Positions 61,305-64,000 of a stretch of DNA of 64,000 nucleotides are shown here, piece after piece. How positions within the stretch are numbered: position 1 is the stretch's first letter; each line of letters opens with the position of its first letter. The notes under the pieces are model-generated. The model saw only the letters and a program-made list of their open reading frames with translations, had not been told where the DNA came from and did no database searches. Source of the DNA: an uncultured Candidatus Binatia bacterium (GTDB lineage Bacteria > Desulfobacterota > Binatia > UBA9968 > JAJDTQ01); the NCBI GenBank assembly GCA_965214905.1, contig OZ243984.1, forward strand, positions 2,006,003-2,070,002, in the 5' to 3' direction. A program made the translations under genes and the position numbers.

Positions 61305-62507
61305 ATGCCGGGGCCGGTGACCCCGCCGCGGGGCGTGCCCGGGTTCCGCTTCGCCGGCGTGGCGTGCGGCATCAAGATGAGCGGACACAAGGACTTGGCG
61401 CTGATCGTGTCCGAGAGCCCGGCCGCGGCCGCCGCACTGTTCACCAAAAACCGCATCAAGAGTCCCACCGTGGTCTCGGGCCGAAGGCGCGTGGCCCGGG
61501 GCCTCATTCAGGCCGTGGTGGTCAACAGCGGCAACGCCAACGCCTGCACCGGCCCCGGCGGGCTCCGGGATTCCGAGGCCATGTGCGCCGAGGCCGCCCG
61601 GCGCCTGGGCACCGACCCGCAACGGGTGCTTCCTTCCTCCACCGGCATCATCGGCGTCCCGCTCCCCATGGACAAGATCGAGCAGGGCATCGCGGACGCG
61701 GCGGCGGCGCTGTCGCCGGACGGCCTTCAGGACGCCGCCGAAGCCATCATGACCACCGACAACGCGCCCAAGACCGCAGCGGCCTCGTGCCGTATCGGCG
61801 GCCGCACCGTGCACGTCGCGGGCCTCGCCAAGGGGGCCGGCATGATCGCCCCCGACATGGCCACGATGCTGTGCTACGTGCTCACGGACGCGGACGTCGC
61901 CCCGGCCGCGCTGCGGCCCATGCTGCGCCGGGCCGCAGACGGCTCGTTCCACGCCATTACCGTGGACGGCGACACCAGCACCAACGACACGCTGCTGTGC
62001 CTGGCCAACGGCGTCGCCGGCAACCCCCGCATCACCCGCGGAGCCGAGGGCGAGGATGTGCTGGAGCGGGAGATGACACGGGTGATGAAAGATCTGGCGC
62101 TCAAGATCGTGGCGGACGGCGAAGGCGCGAGGAAGCTCGTGGAAATCCGCGTGGAGGGCGCCAGGACCGAGGCCGAGGCCCGCAAGGTGGCCTTCACCGT
62201 GGCCGACTCCAAGCTGGTCAAGACCGCCTTCTTCGGCGAGGACCCCAACGTGGGCCGTTTCATGATGGCCGTGGGCAACGCCGGCGTGCCGGTGGTGGAG
62301 GAAACCATCGACGTGGCCCTGGGCGGGGTCAAGGTGGTGCGCCGGGGCGTGGCCGTGGGGACCCGGGAAAAGGCCGCGGCCAAGGTCATGCAGCGCCCCT
62401 CCTTCACCCTGTGCATCAGCCTGGGCATGGGCGACGCCAGCACGTCGGTGTGGACCTCGGACCTGGGCCACGAGTACGTCCGCATCAACTCCGACTACCG
62501 CACGTGA
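61305..62507 (+). CDS. argJ: Bifunctional glutamate N-acetyltransferase / amino-acid acetyltransferase
   Basis: ArgJ family including the autoproteolytic ATML site (DMATMLCYV). Confidence 0.9.
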   Translation: MPGPVTPPRGVPGFRFAGVACGIKMSGHKDLALIVSESPAAAAALFTKNRIKSPTVVSGRRRVARGLIQAVVVNSGNANACTGPGGLRDSEAMCAEAARRLGTDPQRVLPSSTGIIGVPLPMDKIEQGIADAAAALSPDGLQDAAEAIMTTDNAPKTAAASCRIGGRTVHVAGLAKGAGMIAPDMATMLCYVLTDADVAPAALRPMLRRAADGSFHAITVDGDTSTNDTLLCLANGVAGNPRITRGAEGEDVLEREMTRVMKDLALKIVADGEGARKLVEIRVEGARTEAEARKVAFTVADSKLVKTAFFGEDPNVGRFMMAVGNAGVPVVEETIDVALGGVKVVRRGVAVGTREKAAAKVMQRPSFTLCISLGMGDASTSVWTSDLGHEYVRINSDYRT

Positions 62508-62513
62508 GGAGAA

Positions 62514-62545
62514 CCCGTCATTCCGGCGAAAGCCGGAATCCGGTA
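62514..62545. repeat. Family B repeat copy (cgtcattccggcgaaagccggaatccgg) between convergent argJ and gatB
   Basis: Palindromic; likely bidirectional terminator. Confidence 0.7.
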
Positions 62546-62575
62546 TTCAAGCGGCCCTCCATGCTGTAGGGACCG

Positions 62576-64000
62576 TCAGTTCCCGAGCTTCCGTCCGAGG
62601 ATCTCGTTGACCATCTTCGGGTTGGCCTTGCCCCGGGTGGCCTTCATCACCTGACCCACCAGGAATCCGAAGACCTTCTCCTTGCCGGCCCGGTACTCCG
62701 CCACCTGCGCTTCGCACGCCGACAACACTTCGTCCACCGCAGCGTCCAGGGTGCCGGTGTCGGACATCTGCTCCAGGCCCTTCTCCTTGACGATGGCGTC
62801 CGGGTCCTTGCCCGTCTCCAGCATGTCGGCGAAGACGGTCTTGGCGAGCTTGCCGCTGATGGTTCCTTCGTCCACCATCTGCACCATGCGGGCCAAGTCT
62901 ACGGACGCCACCGGCCAGTGCTCGATGCGCAGTGCGGCGTCGAGCCTGCGTTCCTTGAGCACCCGGAAGAGGTCTCCCATGAGCCAGTTGCCGATGGCCT
63001 TGGGGTTGGCGTGAGTCCGGACTGCGGCCTCGAAATAGTCGGCCACGTCGCGCCGCTGGGTGAGGATGTCCGCGTCGTAGGCGGACAGCCCGTATTGTTC
63101 CATGAAACGGTTCCGGCGGTCTTGAGCCAGCTCGGGCAGGGTGGCGCGGATCTCCCCGATCCACTCGTCGTCGATCTCCAACGGCAGCAGGTCCGGGTCG
63201 GGGAAATAGCGGTAGTCGTGGGCCGACTCCTTGGAGCGCATGGACCGGGTGACTTCCGCGTCCGGGTCCCAAAGGCGCGTTTCCTGGGCCACCGTGCTCC
63301 CTTCCGACAGCACCCGCCCCTGACGTCGGATCTCGTATTCCAGCGCCTTCTCCACCGCCTTGAAGGAGTTCAGGTTCTTGATCTCCACCTTGACGCCCAG
63401 CGCGTCGTCCCCGGTCTGGCGCAGCGAGACGTTGGCGTCGCAGCGAAAGCTGCCTTCCTCCATGTTGCCGTCGCACACTTCGAGGTATTCCAGGATCGAC
63501 CGCAGGGTTCGGAGGTAATCGCCGGCTTCGCCCGGGCTGCGCATGTCGGGCTCGCTCACGATCTCCATGAGCGGGACCCCCGCCCGGTTGAGGTCCACCA
63601 GGCTGTGGTCCCAGCGCGCGTCGTGGATGTTCTTGCCGGCGTCCTCCTCCATGTGGATGCGGGTAAGCCGCACCCGTTTCGAGCCGCCGTCGACACCCAC
63701 GTCCACGTGGCCTCCGGTGCACAGCGGCAGCTCGTACTGGCTGATCTGGTAGCCCTTGGGCAGATCGGGATAGAAGTAGTTCTTGCGCGCCCAGCGGCTG
63801 CGCCGGGCGATGGTGCAGTGGGTGGCCAGTCCGGTGCGGATGGTGTGCTCCACCACCTTGCGGTTCAGCACCGGAAGCACCCCCGGAAAGCCCATGCACA
63901 CCGGGCAGGTGTTGCGATTGGGCGCCTCGCCGAAACGCGTGGAACAGCCGCAGAAGATCTTGGACTCGGTCAGGATCTGTGCGTGCACCTCCAGGCCGAT
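62576..64000 (-). CDS. gatB: Asp-tRNA(Asn)/Glu-tRNA(Gln) amidotransferase subunit B, 5'-truncated by the window edge
   Basis: ..IGLEVHAQILTESKIFCGCS.. conserved GatB N-terminal region continues past position 64000; C-terminal YqeY-like domain is present. Confidence 0.9.
   Translation of the reverse strand: MGLEVHAQILTESKIFCGCSTRFGEAPNRNTCPVCMGFPGVLPVLNRKVVEHTIRTGLATHCTIARRSRWARKNYFYPDLPKGYQISQYELPLCTGGHVDVGVDGGSKRVRLTRIHMEEDAGKNIHDARWDHSLVDLNRAGVPLMEIVSEPDMRSPGEAGDYLRTLRSILEYLEVCDGNMEEGSFRCDANVSLRQTGDDALGVKVEIKNLNSFKAVEKALEYEIRRQGRVLSEGSTVAQETRLWDPDAEVTRSMRSKESAHDYRYFPDPDLLPLEIDDEWIGEIRATLPELAQDRRNRFMEQYGLSAYDADILTQRRDVADYFEAAVRTHANPKAIGNWLMGDLFRVLKERRLDAALRIEHWPVASVDLARMVQMVDEGTISGKLAKTVFADMLETGKDPDAIVKEKGLEQMSDTGTLDAAVDEVLSACEAQVAEYRAGKEKVFGFLVGQVMKATRGKANPKMVNEILGRKLGN

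Noticed and set aside
61364-62569. 401-aa +2 frame ORF overlapping argJ, and 61176..62471 on the - strand
   Set aside because: ArgJ signature (ATML autoprocessing site, full-length family match) is in the 61305 frame; the others are Arg-rich artefacts.

Overview
High-GC (roughly 65-70% by eye) bacterial chromosomal segment, densely coding on both strands. It opens with the 3' end of a molybdenum-hydroxylase operon in small-large-FAD order, matching hcrCAB of 4-hydroxybenzoyl-CoA reductase; the FAD subunit carries a 4-Cys insertion. Next come a membrane-anchored dynamin-like GTPase and a small coiled-coil repeat protein. A block around polyphosphate and nitrogen metabolism follows: an HU-like protein, an orphan ParA-like ATPase, a CYTH/CHAD protein, polyphosphate glucokinase, a KefB-type antiporter, glnA, arginine decarboxylase, ppk1, an amtB-glnK operon and GTP-PEPCK, with sigma-54-type promoters upstream of glnA and amtB. 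Two lower-GC islets look horizontally acquired: (i) an HTH/PIN toxin-antitoxin pair, a UDG-like hypothetical protein and a frameshifted gene remnant at about 29.2-31.5 kb; (ii) a BfiI-like Type IIS restriction-modification module (PLD-family nuclease convergent with a fused two-domain N4/N6 DNA methyltransferase) at about 38.2-42.4 kb, flanked by an AAA-ATPase/PD-(D/E)XK protein. The rest is housekeeping: hydantoinase/oxoprolinase hyuB-MFS-hyuA, hflKC translationally coupled to a bicupin dioxygenase, an LpxL-like acyltransferase, an amidohydrolase, TTT and TRAP transporters, a GT2, an uncharacterized protein overlapping an SPL-family radical SAM enzyme, secA, argJ and a partial gatB. At least three families of dispersed palindromic (REP-like) repeats occupy intergenic gaps, often between convergent genes. 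They account for many spurious Arg/Gly/Pro-rich alternate-frame ORFs in the six-frame track. No rRNA, tRNA or CRISPR array was recognised.
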